A stretch of DNA of 62,140 nt, filler included, from Hausera hauseri (GCA_046269625.1; 12 parts of 12 records of this genome joined end to end with filler, not necessarily neighbours in it); one strand, 5' to 3'. Positions 13,070 through 25,153 are shown, counted from the first letter of the whole stretch. The notes: a model not told the origin generated them from the letters alone. Made by a program: numbers and translations.

Positions 13070-15579
13070 TGTCACGCATTTTGCTGCCCGCCCCGCCGAG
13101 GCGGAAATCCCGACCGCCAATTCGGTGCCGGTGGGTCGGGATGCACCTTCGATGTCGGCCTTAAGTCATGCCCCCAGGCGCACCACTGCTCCCATTTCAA
13201 TTCTTTTTTATAATAGCATTCACATATATACCCTCCATACTACATACCCACACATTATAAACCCTTCAGACCCACATTTCTTCTTTCCTTGGTTCTTCAG
13301 ATTTCCATCTCACTCTAAATGGAGCTATTATACACCTAAATGAAACTTTACCTTCCTTTTCCAATCACGCTTGCTTCAACATACATTTCCGTATCCGTAG
13401 TGGAATGAATTCTCCACCAATTACTGACACCACGGATACAACCACCACAAAAAGCCAATGCCCATTCTCTACAACACCAGACCAAATCATCCACTTATTT
13501 TAACCGAATCAAACTCTTCCAATAAAAACCCAGTTCATACTTCTACACATTACACTGACTACTTCATAGATTATGAAAAATTCAGTAAAACGTGGCTTCA
13601 CTTCTACCAACTCTGGCTCCAGTTTAATGGTATTACAGACTCCTTATCTAAAGCCCACAGCTTACTGTATCTTCTCCCCAGCTCAATGAAAGCCTCAATA
13701 CATAACCTTCTTGACATCTTCCAACACCCTTACCTTTATACACAATTATTCTACGCTGTCTTAAAACAGACCGAATTTTCCATTGACTCCATAATGCAAC
13801 ATTTCTTTAACGAAAATGCACTGGGCACAAAAATCCAGTGACTTCTTACGCACCTTGTTAGCACATTTGCGTACTCCTGGCGTCAATAAAGAGCATAACC
13901 CAGACCTACTACGCCACTATTTTTTAACGCACTGCCTGTTCAAATTCGGGCCCTTCTTACCGTGGTGGGTGACTCCACGCCGCTTGATAAATTGGCCGAA
14001 TTGGCCGATAGGACATACGATGTCCTACACACAAATTCCCAACCATTAGTTTCAGCAGCAGTTTGAACTAAAGACATACAATCAAAAACTACATCCATAG
14101 AACAACAACTTACTCAGCTACATGCTGAAAACATAGCATTACATGCAACAATCAACATCAACAATAAGTTAAACGAGTTGTCCCTGTCCCGACGAGGGGG
14201 TTTTGCCGCCGACCGTGCCCGTTCTGTGTCACGAAACCGCTCACCATCGCCTGCGCGTTTGTCGATCTGCTATTACCACAGCAGAATCAACACTAATGCC
14301 CAGAAGTGCTGCCTAGACTGTCAGTTCTATAATAAGAATTTTTCCTCGGACACCGTTATCTGCATTTATCATGCAAGGTTCAAAACTCAGTCCCGTAAAT
14401 GTCTTCCAGATTGCTCCTTCAAATCCAATACGAATGAAGGACGTACTGCCTTTCCTTCTAACAGTCGTCCTCATTCACCTTTTCCAAAAAACTAAGTTCG
14501 CCGCCAGAAGTCACGGCAAACTCTGGCGAAGGCACTCTTTCACATTCTAATTGCCGACACATCTCTTTCGCAGTCTTCACGCTAAAGGCTGCAATCACTG
14601 CTCTTACTACGCAATCTGTTGATTTTCTCATCGATACAGGCGTAGCGATTTCTTTATTACCATAACCCTTTCCTGTACAAAATTCTCCATTCAGAATTAA
14701 GCTCTTATATACTGATTCAGGCTAGCTGCTGCGCATCTCGGGCACGGCTACATTATCTTTAACTTTGCCTGGTTTCTCTGCGCCTTTCCGCTGGACGTTC
14801 ACAGTCGCTAACATCCAGTCGGCAATTCTTGGATCTGAATTTCTTTTACATTACAATCTACTGGTTGACTGCAGTCAAAGATGTTTGAGGAGAGGCACCG
14901 TTGGCGACATTTCTGGACATGTAAATAGCATTTCGACTAGCGCGCGGTCAACCGAAATGCGGAAGTCAATATTAGAAAAGTCTATGAATAATTCAATTTT
15001 TTTAACGATAATTCTATTCGTAAATTTTTAAATAATAATACTGACATTCGATCGAAGTTTAATGTTGACAAGTGTGGTACTGCTACCAACGTTCATTTAT
15101 TCGACGCAAATACTTCAGCCAACACCATTTTCAATTCAACAATTTTGCACCAAATACCAGCTAACTGCACATTATCTAACAACTCAGACATTGCATCTGC
15201 TACTACTCAAGCCGTTTCACCACTTCCACCGAATCTTTCACAGCTACCTACAACTTTACAACAGTTCATCAACATATCTTGCCCACGCGTACTTAAGAAA
15301 ACCGTACTTTTACTCCCGCAAACAGCACCTTACACCACACACAACACCGACGTCCAATACGCCAAACAGTACGGCCTCTGTCATTTCGTCGTAGACAAGC
15401 CGTAGAAGCCGAATTTCTTGAGGGAGAACGTTCCGGCATTGTACGCCGTTCCAAATCTCCTTGGTCATCACCGTTACACGTCATACAAAAGAAGGACGTC
15501 ACCTTTACACCAAGCGGTGACTACCGACAGCTTAATAACTTGACTATTATGGACGCATATCCTTTACCACTAATCAAAG
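13070..15579 (+). mobile_element. Gypsy 5' half: GC-rich leader, Ubl-Gag, frameshift signal, aspartic protease, RT start
   Basis: Ubl end FNIHFRIRSG (to 13404), Gag WLQFNGITD..PY, two CxxH-x8-C-x3-C motifs, AAAAAAC-TAA at 14486, FLIDTG, SPWSSPLHVIQKK and DYRQLN. Confidence 0.9.
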
Positions 15580-15810
15580 AGTAGAGTGAAAATATGCTTT
15601 CGGTCCCACCCCGGGGGAAAACGATAAATCCATTTTGCACGTGTCGATCGATAGTGCACACTGTGCACTATCTATCCAAAAAGTGCCTAGCAACGGTTCC
15701 GCTAGGCGCCGTTGCTAAGGACATTTTTGCACTTTTCACTTATCGATCGCTGCACAGTGCAATATTGATCGAATCGATCGGGACAAAGTGCTAATCGATA
15801 GAGCACATCA
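15580..15810 (+). mobile_element. Palindrome-rich insertion in RT; possible Polinton terminal inverted repeat
   Basis: RT homology stops at 15579 and the new sequence begins AGTAG. Hairpins at 15650-15672 (11-bp arms) and 15688-15717 (9-bp arms). Confidence 0.45.
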
Positions 15811-15910
15811 NNNNNNNNNNNNNNNNNNNNNNNNNNNNNNNNNNNNNNNNNNNNTTAATTAATTAANNNNNNNNNNNNNNNNNNNNNNNNNNNNNNNNNN
15901 NNNNNNNNNN

Positions 15911-16700
15911 TTGTGCGATTATTGAACGGTACTTACATAATAATTCATAGAACTTGCAATATGCTTCAGGAGAAAATTTGGTTTCCACGTAAGGCGGAAA
16001 TTCAGCACACTTGTATGGTTTCTCCTCTATTGTCACTGCTGATACTCGGTAAGTGTGACCTAAAATAGTGTTAGCGTGCAATTTTACGGAAATTGGTGCA
16101 TTATTCACTAATCTGATAGGTATTCGTCCCGTCACTACTCTACACAAAATATTACTAAACATCAGGTTTGGATCAATACTCCCTTGGGGCTCGAAATATA
16201 CTAGTAAATCCTTGTCTTGACGGATTTGTGCGAAAATTATCATCTCGGTTCGGAACGGAATGTCTTCATCTACTGGGATCCATACTTTGCCTGATATTCT
16301 TTCCTTTATTACCTTTGTACCTTTTATTGGTTCAAGTTCAATTAATTTTTTATTATGCACATCGATTGCCATACCTGGTATCTGTTTTAATATATCACAA
16401 CCTAGTACTACATTGCCTGTTAACTGGTTCATCACCGCAAATTCATGTTGAAGTGCTTAGCCCATCATATAAATGGTAGGAGTCCATTTAAATTTTGGCT
16501 TCGATACTTGCGTAAATGCACCTACTCTTCCAGGGTCTGATGATGGTAGTGGGCATAATTGCTCTCTTAGGGTGGTTGGTAACTATTCGTATTTTATAAA
16601 CGACTTCTCTGATCCGGTGTCGATTAATGCATACACTTCCCAATCTTCAATGTGTATTTTAGCGAAAGGTCTCCCTTCTACACTATCTTTGACCGTTTTA
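15911..16700 (-). mobile_element. Gypsy aspartic protease and protease-RT linker
   Basis: VYALIDTGSEKSFI (DTG at 16614-16622), VVLGCDIL and IPFRTEMII..GRIPIRLVN. Confidence 0.88.
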
Positions 16701-16989
16701 TAGTAGAGACCCTATATCCATTTATCGTTATTTCTGGCGATGAAATAATATCTTGCCTTAATTGTCCTAATTCTCCGTTCGGGTACAAGTCGTTATTTGT
16801 TACCTCAGTAACGCGACTGTCAATGAGTGGTTCCTAGGGTAGTGGACTCGAGATCGAACACAGTTTCGGGTTCTCCCAGATCGTTGATTTCGATTCTATG
16901 TGCCGTGGTATCCTTTTTGTGTACAATATTCTATGGTCGTTTTCTGTTGGTACTTGGTGGATAACATTCATTTTTTGTAGTACCCCATA

Positions 16990-19607
16990 TTATTTTGTTT
17001 TTTCATAAGGGTCTTCATAACTGATGGGCTTCTGATAGATTTCGGATTTACATGATACGATTGATTTATGGTCGCAGTCTTCATATATTGGTGCTGTTGG
17101 CGGCATGATGGGTAATGGCGCGTTAATCACTAAATACATCTCGTGCATCTTCATTTTGTAACTTCCTTCTCCTCCCTTAGGCTCGTCATCATCTGAATCA
17201 TCTTTCCGTACTATTGTCTTTTTATTTTTGCGTTTAGTAAGGATCAAGAGTCTGCCTCTTTGTTTACGATTATAATATCCGACATGGCGTTCTACATCAT
17301 TTTTCTATCGATTTTCTTCGTAGGCCTTAAGCATTTTTCCGAAGGACGTAATAATTGCAGTCAAAATTTTGCAGGAAAATCCTGTTAACATAAATATTTT
17401 ATATCCGTTGATAATGGCTTGAATTACAGCCTTAACTAGCTGGACTAAAAAGTAAATGGCTAAAAATCCAGATGCGGCCTGTCCAAAAATCAGAAATCTT
17501 CCCCCAATCTTATACAATATTTCTAAAGTTACTCTTTGATAGTGGTTAGCGCCGAGTAACGACTCCCATTTTGCTTGAAAGCGAGTATCGTCCATTACCA
17601 TGAACATGGCCCGGTTTAGTTCATAAGTTCTTTGGTGCGGAAACGCTAAAAATTGCCTAAAGGCTTCTATGTCCTTTGGTCTATAATTTCTTTTGTTGGC
17701 TGTCTTCAAACTTTTCCTCTGATAATCCTTTGATTAGGTTTGTTCCAGTTAGCTTGCTAGGGGCTGCGATAGCGCCTCCATTAGGTAAGCTTATCCAATC
17801 CGTACTGCTACGTCGAAACATGGGTTCATCTAGGCTTGTTTTGCATTCCTGCAGTATCGTTGGTTCAGTTGAATTTGCCAATAATACTTTAGTGAGTGGC
17901 GTCGTTAGTCCAGGCATGTTGTCATAGATGACTGGTAATTCTTGCATGCACCTTTTCTCTTCTACGTTAATCGGCACGTCTCTTTTTTCGCATTCATAAG
18001 TTAGTAGTACTTCTCCAGTAAATCGTCCAAAGACGCCTTGGTATAATTGGTGATGCCAATTCTGGGTTGGCACAAATTAAAGTCAATTTGGTTCTCATGA
18101 TTTCAGTATCTAATCTGCAGTCATTTGTTATCACTTTGTGATATAGCCCTGCTATTCCGGTTTGTCCTTTGTAATGAAAATAGTCGTCTTGATTTTTGAG
18201 GTAATCCTCAATTCGTATGTCTTGCGTTTTCAAATCATACGTTTTCATGTTAATTTTAGTTTCTGCTACGAAAAATGCCTCATAATTTGTGGCATACATT
18301 ACTACGTCGCACCATGTTATCATATCTTTTCTAATAAACTTCAATCCATGCGTGTCCGATATCAATATCGTTGGTGTAGAATGTTCTATCATGTCTTTCC
18401 TTGATCTCGTATTAGTGTGTAATTTATTTGTATAGCGTTTTCCGGTTGTCTCATTGAATTTCAACTTTTTGATTTTAATGAAGTTGCACTCTCTCTTGGA
18501 AGGTGGACTCAAAACAACAACTTAGCTTCGGCACGTACAAGCGCCATCTTGTATATGACATTTTTAATTTTCAGTAAATAGTTTGGTAACACTATGAAAC
18601 ATTGCCTTTAAGGATCTCAACTCGGTTTCGTAAAAATCTACCACTACTATTTCTCCTTCTTTTCCTTTTCAAGTATCATATTCGGCTCCGACACAATAGT
18701 CCGTGTGCATATTTAGTTTCCCGATTGCCACTTTATAGGCTCTATTAATCTTTCCTTCTTGGGCTTCTAACTCCATACCATCCCAAACCATTTTCCCGGT
18801 CAGCCGGGATACTAAACAGTGTTTTTTAACCACATTCATTGGTATCAATGGTATGGTTGGTTTGATAATTGAAGAATGCCCGTGCATATTACCACAGTGG
18901 AAAACGCTGCGAGATCTCCGTATCACACATTCCGTTGCATCCATTGCAATTAATTCCCGTTGTTGATATAATATATATCCTTTTTCAATGGTCTCAAGCT
19001 TATGAGGTCTTGCATCTTCGCATGTTTCTAAATCCATTAAGGAATATTTTTGACCTACCTTGAATTTATCACAGTCGTATACGGTAACTGCTCCCATTTG
19101 CTTCACTAACATCATTATCGTCAGTAGGTTGATTAACCAATTCGATCTGTTTTCCTTGTTCAAGGAGATGTTTCGCGTCATATCTTCTAATTTGTTAGTC
19201 CCTGTTGCATCTTCCTCTTTTTCGAATAATTTAGCCCATTTTATTTCTTTGGGTATTCTTCTGGCAGCTTTTCTACCTAATCCAATTGTCTTCTCAAATT
19301 TGTTTTCTCGGAGCGGGTTGATCCTTACTGCTAGGTATATCAAGACTTTCCTTAATTCTTCCGTCGTATTGTATATCATAATTCTATCAATTACTGTTTC
19401 GTCAGAAAGGGTGCTTTTAGATAACTTAAATTGTGGAGTCTTCATCGTCCGGGCTATATTATATATTAGTCTTTCTTTCTCAGACAATATGCCGCCTTGA
19501 CGTCCGGTGTAGTTGACTATCCTAATTAAGTCTCGCATTAGCTCAACCAATTCTTTGTTGTCTGAACTCGGGATCGGCACCGATAATTGTCTCAATTCTC
19601 TAATCAA
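16990..19607 (-). pseudogene. Chuvirus-like (class III, gB-type) envelope glycoprotein with N-terminal extension, internal signal peptide, TM region and cytoplasmic tail
   Basis: Signal LLTIMMLVKQMGA/VTVYDC, then YSLMDLETC, ECVIRRSRSVFHCGNMHGHSS (cf. chuviral HCGMHSH.S), YCVGAEY, GEVLLTYEC, RCMQELPVIY..LTTPLTKVL and TM FGQAASGFLAIYF; frameshifted. Confidence 0.85.
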
Positions 19608-19630
19608 GTCTGCATTATAATCGATTTCTT

Positions 19631-20011
19631 TTATTTTCTTGGTCTTCCGACTGGTAGTTTTGGTTTTATTGATGGTAAAGTTTCGCTTAACGGAACTAAA
19701 TTCTTGTCGTATTGCGGATTGTCGTCATCCGTCTGTAAGTATTTAAAGTACATTGCGACATCTTGAATCCCCATAATTTTTCCAACACAATGTTTTGTAT
19801 GCGCCTTCCTTATGGCTTCGTCTTTGGTTTGCTCACTAGTAATTATTGCTATTATTCGATTCGCTTCGAGTGGTATAACCCCTACGTCTATTAAAAATTT
19901 CAACTCATCTAGTTTTCTACCTCTAAAATAGAGTCGATAATTAACTTCTTCCCTACCATTCTTATTCATTATCCGCTGTTTTATGTCTCCAACGGTGGTA
20001 AGGTAGTGCAT
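19631..20011 (-). pseudogene. Ubiquitin-like domain ORF upstream of the glycoprotein ORF
   Basis: TTVGDIKQRIMNKNGREEVNYRLYFRGRKLDELKFLIDVGV aligns with ubiquitin [41 protein letters not shown]; there is no diglycine end. Confidence 0.65.
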
Positions 20012-20604
20012 TCGAATTCCTCGTTATCTATTTCTTTAAATGATACTTTCAGCAGGTCCCTCAAAAATACGCACGAACATTGATTAATTACGCAAGATTT
20101 ATCTTCCGCTTGCAAACCATTTAACACAATAAACCTTTTTATGCCAGGAAGAGGTGTTGATGGGTCGATGCATTTTGCTCCTTGACACTGACGGAATCTT
20201 CTCTTATAACCGACACCGCAAGTCGTTGTACATGGTGACCATTCAGACCATTTAGACCAAACGTTTTGTCCAGCTGATTAAAAATTATCATATAAAGATA
20301 AAAGGTTTCAGGCAATGTAAAATCAACCTTGACATTTAGGACCAGTACAGACCAATTGACCGTTTGTACACACGCTGCAAGCATTATTCATACGGTTTAG
20401 TGTGAAATGAAAATTACCAAGTTTGACAGTCGAAAAATACTGTAGAATTGGCCTTAACATGATTGGCGTCTAATCCGGTTGTTGGTAACGTTCTTGATCT
20501 TGAAAAAGGTACAATGGTAGTAAATCCTTTGCCCGGTATTTGATTTCTGCCTCCACCTGGTGGATAATCTGAACCACGTCCTGGAATCAGGGTATTGGAT
20601 CGGC
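19981..20604 (-). CDS. Partial host gene with VWC-like and thrombospondin type-1 (TSP1) domains (SCO-spondin/mucin-like); three exons visible
   Basis: Removing GT-AG introns 20375-20417 (43 nt) and 20274-20327 (54 nt) gives FDCQTCVCTNGQLVCTGPKCQAGQNVWSKWSEWSPCTTTCGVGYKRRFRQC..EDKSCVINQC. An upstream acceptor lies at 20605. Confidence 0.8.
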
Positions 20605-21275
20605 CTGAAAGTTATAGATATATGATGATTTGCTACACTATATTATTTGAAATTATGTCAGTTTCATAATATAGTTAGTTTGAAGCACATAGTATATCAA
20701 ATTTTATGAAATCGCAATCTATTTATTCAAGGTCATAATTATAATAAACCATGAGTCACATCATTAACAACATGTCTTTCCTAGTATAATTAAACATCAT
20801 TTTATTCAATATTTACAAATCCAGACAATTTTAAATTTTTTTGCGTTCAAGATACTTTCAATTGTACGTTAACAATACGGCAGGTCATATTAAAGTCAAG
20901 TTATGCACAATAGATTGATGGGATATATAAATTCAAACTCGTGCTCTTTTGAAATAAGACAACATGTGGAACATGGCAACATAAAGTTGAAAGCGTAAAA
21001 CGTGCTTCATACAAACAAACAAAAGTCATAGTACGCATCGGTCTGTTGGTGCTTCTTGGGTCACAAAATGCATATTCAGTGCATCTTTGTGTANNNNNNN
21101 NNNNNNNNNNNNNNNNNNNNNNNNNNNNNNNNNNNNNTTAATTAATTAANNNNNNNNNNNNNNNNNNNNNNNNNNNNNNNNNNNNNNNNNNNNAGTGCCC
21201 CGATTTGCTCCACTTCTATCGAGGCTCTGCCTTTTGGGGCAACTGACTCCTGATCGGATTCTGTTTCTTCTTCCT

Positions 21276-22342
21276 CTACGTTTGCGACTTCCCGCGTCTT
21301 CTGTTTACATTATCTCCGTACCTTCTTTTGACTCTGTAGGTATCCCATCCTGGTTTTCTTCTCATCTCCGGCCTGGTGTAGCACTCCTTTTCGGTATATC
21401 CCCTATGGTGACATCTTGCACAGCTAAGGTTAACACAATTTCGTCCGATGTGCCCTAGCTGACTACATCCGTAGCACCTTATTGGTTTTCTTTCGGGACA
21501 CTGTCTGCTTATGTGCCCTTCTTTTAAGCATCCAAGGCATTTAATCGGTTTCTGTGTGGTGCACGTTCTACTTGTATGTCCTTCCTTCTGGCACGTCCAA
21601 CACTTTAATCTACTATTTGGTGGTCTAGTAGGGGTTGTGTTGATTCTAGGAACGGGTTTCCTGATATTTGGTGCTGCCACTTCCTGGTAGCTTCTTCTAC
21701 CGATCTCCGGATATTCCTTAACCTTGTTTACTTCTTCTGTCTTAATCTTTACCTCGTGTAACTTCCGTATTTTCTCCTTTATTGTTTCCGCGTCTCGTTT
21801 GTCACCGAGGCATATTTCTGTCCCAATCTTTCTACTGTTGCAACATTGGAACAATAGTTCCTCTTTCAGAACCTCGCGTGAAAGATTGTGCTTCATTTAT
21901 ACAGAAGTTTCTCGATTGCCTCGAAGTACACCTCCGGTTCCGCCCCATTCATTTTTTACTCGACTGCTTCTTTCAGATCTTCGCACAGCGTTGAGCATCG
22001 GGCGAAAGCCTTCCATGGTCTGTTTTAATATCCACTTATTTTCGCATCTACTGCCTCGTAACTGTCTTGTACTTCTTCCTCCAAGAGGCATTCAACCATG
22101 ATTTCCCGTTTCGCCACCCGAGTGTTCATATATTTGAAGAATTTTTCACATGCTTTAATGAACTTCTTCACGTCGTCGCCTTTCCTGAATTTGTTGAGCA
22201 ACAATTGATTCGCGAAGGTGTCCATTGTGGCATAAGTCGCCATGTTGGCAGCGTGCGCATCCACGCCGTCCACGTCATCGCCCAGCTTGAGTAGGGTTGG
22301 TATGTATGCTGAATCAGAATTGGATCGTTTGAAATTACTCAT
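21276..22342 (-). mobile_element. LTR-retrotransposon gag with four CCHC zinc knuckles
   Basis: KFRKGDDVKKFIKACEKFF capsid-like N-terminus; CWTCQKEGHTSRTC, CLGCLKEGHISRQC, CYGCSQLGHIGRNC and CARCHHRGYTEKEC. Confidence 0.8.
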
Positions 22343-22489
22343 TGAAATTTAAACGTCAGTTGTAGAAAAATTATATTGTAATCCAAAATACTTATTTGGA
22401 AACAAAAATTTAAGTTTAAATTATACTTTTAACAGTACACTTAAATTAAATTTTGTAAAATTTAGAAATGTTTCTAATTTAAATTTAGA

Positions 22490-24760
22490 ATTTTCGTTTT
22501 CGAATGTATCATCACAACCACTGTGTATGTCATGCCCGTCAAACAGGAACTAATATTCACTGATTGGTCAAAAACAGACAGTCCGGCATATGTAGTATAT
22601 GCCGATATCGATGCTGTCTTACCACAGCACAACATATATGACCAAAAACATGTTTCAATCGCCGTCGGTATGTTGGTTGCCCTAATTAAAGCTGCAGGTC
22701 AACCTCAATATTGTTTTCCACTGATGGAATTGTGTACGTCATTTCTTGCTGCAGTTGCAAACCACAGTGGAAACTAAAATCGCACCCTGGTACAGTATAA
22801 ATAGCAATAAACCCTTGACGTGGACAAATGAAGATGAACACCAGACGTTTGAAGTCACAAGTGAATGTTGCCTATGCCAGAAAATATTACCGTTTGACGC
22901 TCTGGAGCGGCTTGTACCGGATCATGATCATTTTACTGGTCGATATCTCGGAGCGGCATGTAATTCATGCAATTTAGCAGGGCTTGTGCAACCATTCTTG
23001 CTGGTGGTATTTCATAACTTCAGGGATTATGATTGCCACCATATTTTGAAATGGGCAATAAACGGATTTCCGCACTGGGAGCTATCCATAATTCCAACTA
23101 CGATGTAGAAATACCTGTAACTCTCTGCTCGTATAAACCGGTTCCAGGTACGCTTCCTTGATTCATAACAATTTCTCAATGAATAATTGGCAAAGCTGGT
23201 AAATGCCTTGCCAATGTGCCGATAGCACTGACAGTTCCCCACACATCGCATGCCGCAAAGGCATATTTCCATATATCTTTGCAACATCATATGCGCGACT
23301 CTGGACAGCAGAGGAATTACCGCCCCGATGGACAGTTATCGCTGAGGATGAATACCGGAAAGCACAGAGGTGTTGGACAGAACTCGGCTGTAGAAACATG
23401 TTGGATTACATGCTCAAGTATCTTAAACTGGAAGTGTACTTATTAGCCGATGTGTTCCAAGCGTTTTGAGCGAAAGCGCTGGCTAAAGATAGGCGGGAGC
23501 CAATCAACTTTTATTTCATACCGGGAATGAGTTAAGCGTCAGCTCTAATGTCATTGGATCGAGACACTGAGCTGCTTTAAGATCCGGAAATGTACTGGCT
23601 GTTCGATGTTGGTATTTGCGATGGCATGATATTTGTCAACAAGCATCAGGTCGGTGCTACAGATACCCCATCACTGACGTATATTGATATTAATAACATG
23701 TACAGCTGGGCGCTTTCGTAACCCTTGCCGTACGGTTCATTCGAATGGGTTGTCGGCAGACAAGATCTGGACGACATAATAATGGTCAACCTACCACGAG
23801 CAGACATGGCAGGTTCAGTCAGATACCTGATGGAGGTTGATCTCGTAGTACCAAATGAGCTGCATGACGTTTTGGACGATTTACCGGTCGCACCATTTAA
23901 CCTATGTCCGCCAGGCTCAAAAGTGAAGAAACTGCTTATGACGCATGAACCGAAGCTGAATTACGTGGTCCATTGGCGTCTGCTACAGTTCTTCATGCAG
24001 CTCGGTGTTCGTGTCACACAGCTACATCATGCAATCCGATTTGCTCAGGCTCCAATATTCAAGGCGTACATAGATGAAAATTCGGAGGAACGAGCTGCAG
24101 CTTGTACAAAGTTCGAAAAGGACTACTACAAGGTGAAAAACAATTCCCTGTACGGAAAGACAGTGGAGAATCTGAAAAGACGGCTCAATGTACGCCTATT
24201 CAATAGCAAAAGCGGTTGGTCACGTACACGAATAAGGCGCAGTTTCGGCGGTCAATGCGCATTGCCAATGGATTGGTTGCCGTGCTCTTAAACAGAGACG
24301 TCGTACTGGACCGGCAAAGTTACATCGGACAAGTGGTATTGGACTTGAGTAAGTTGCGGATGTATGAGCTACAGTATCGCGATATGGCATGTTACCGGCA
24401 AATATTTCACAACTGTGACATTAATATACTTGCCGGTGACGGTTTTTTCCTTCAGCCAAAAACGTTAATTGTGAACAGCTACAGCAGAAAATGCAGTTAG
24501 ATGGATTAATGGACATGTCCAACTATCCACTGGATCATTCGTTGTACAGCAGCGCAATCACCGACAAAATCGGCTGCTCAAAGAATGAAAGTGAAGGAAG
24601 GGAATGAATATTCCTATGCCCAAAGTGCTACAGTCTTCTGCCGGACTGTGGACCAAAAATGCGAGCAAAAGGAGTCCATCTGAGACAGACGAAAATCGAC
24701 CACGGTGACTATCGCCGTATATATGAAGAAAAGCAGCAGCAGGAGGACAATCAGCGGCTG
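22490..24760 (+). pseudogene. Polinton/Maverick protein-primed DNA polymerase B
   Basis: VVYADID, DHDHFTGRYLGAACNSCN, VVFHNFRDYD, RKGIFPY, YIDINNMY, KVKNNSLYGKTVEN and YIGQVVLDLSKLRMY; many stops. Confidence 0.93.
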
Positions 24761-24779
24761 TTGTATTTCAAACGATCAT

Positions 24780-25153
24780 GCGATCAATTGAGCCAACAAT
24801 AGCCCTTTAGATTGCCTGGGCACTTACAACAGACGTAAAAATCAAGGGTCTAAGGAGACGTGTGACATTTCTGGTAGTGTCGGAATTACTCCCAGAAATA
24901 ATAGTTGGTGTGGACCTGAAAAAGGCATTCGGAATAGAACTAGGATGGAAACGGAGACATTACAGCAAGATATATGCAACCTGGAAGCCAAGTTCGGCCA
25001 TAAGGTGACTAACCAAGAACGAGTCAACAGGGCGAAGGAAGCTCTTCAGGTGAGTGACAACAAAGAGCTACTCAATATTATACAGAAATACCCAGAAGTA
25101 TTCATGGCCGACAAGTGGGACATAGGGTGCACATCTCTCATCAAACACCGAAT
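24780..25153 (+). mobile_element. Gypsy pol fragment (pre-RT linker)
   Basis: LLNIIQKYPEVFMADKWDIGCTSLIKHRI. Confidence 0.65.

Noticed and set aside
21194-25153. gag, pPolB and RT linker in one contig read as a hybrid retro-Polinton element
   Set aside because: Opposite orientations and abrupt junctions fit nested or rearranged insertions better
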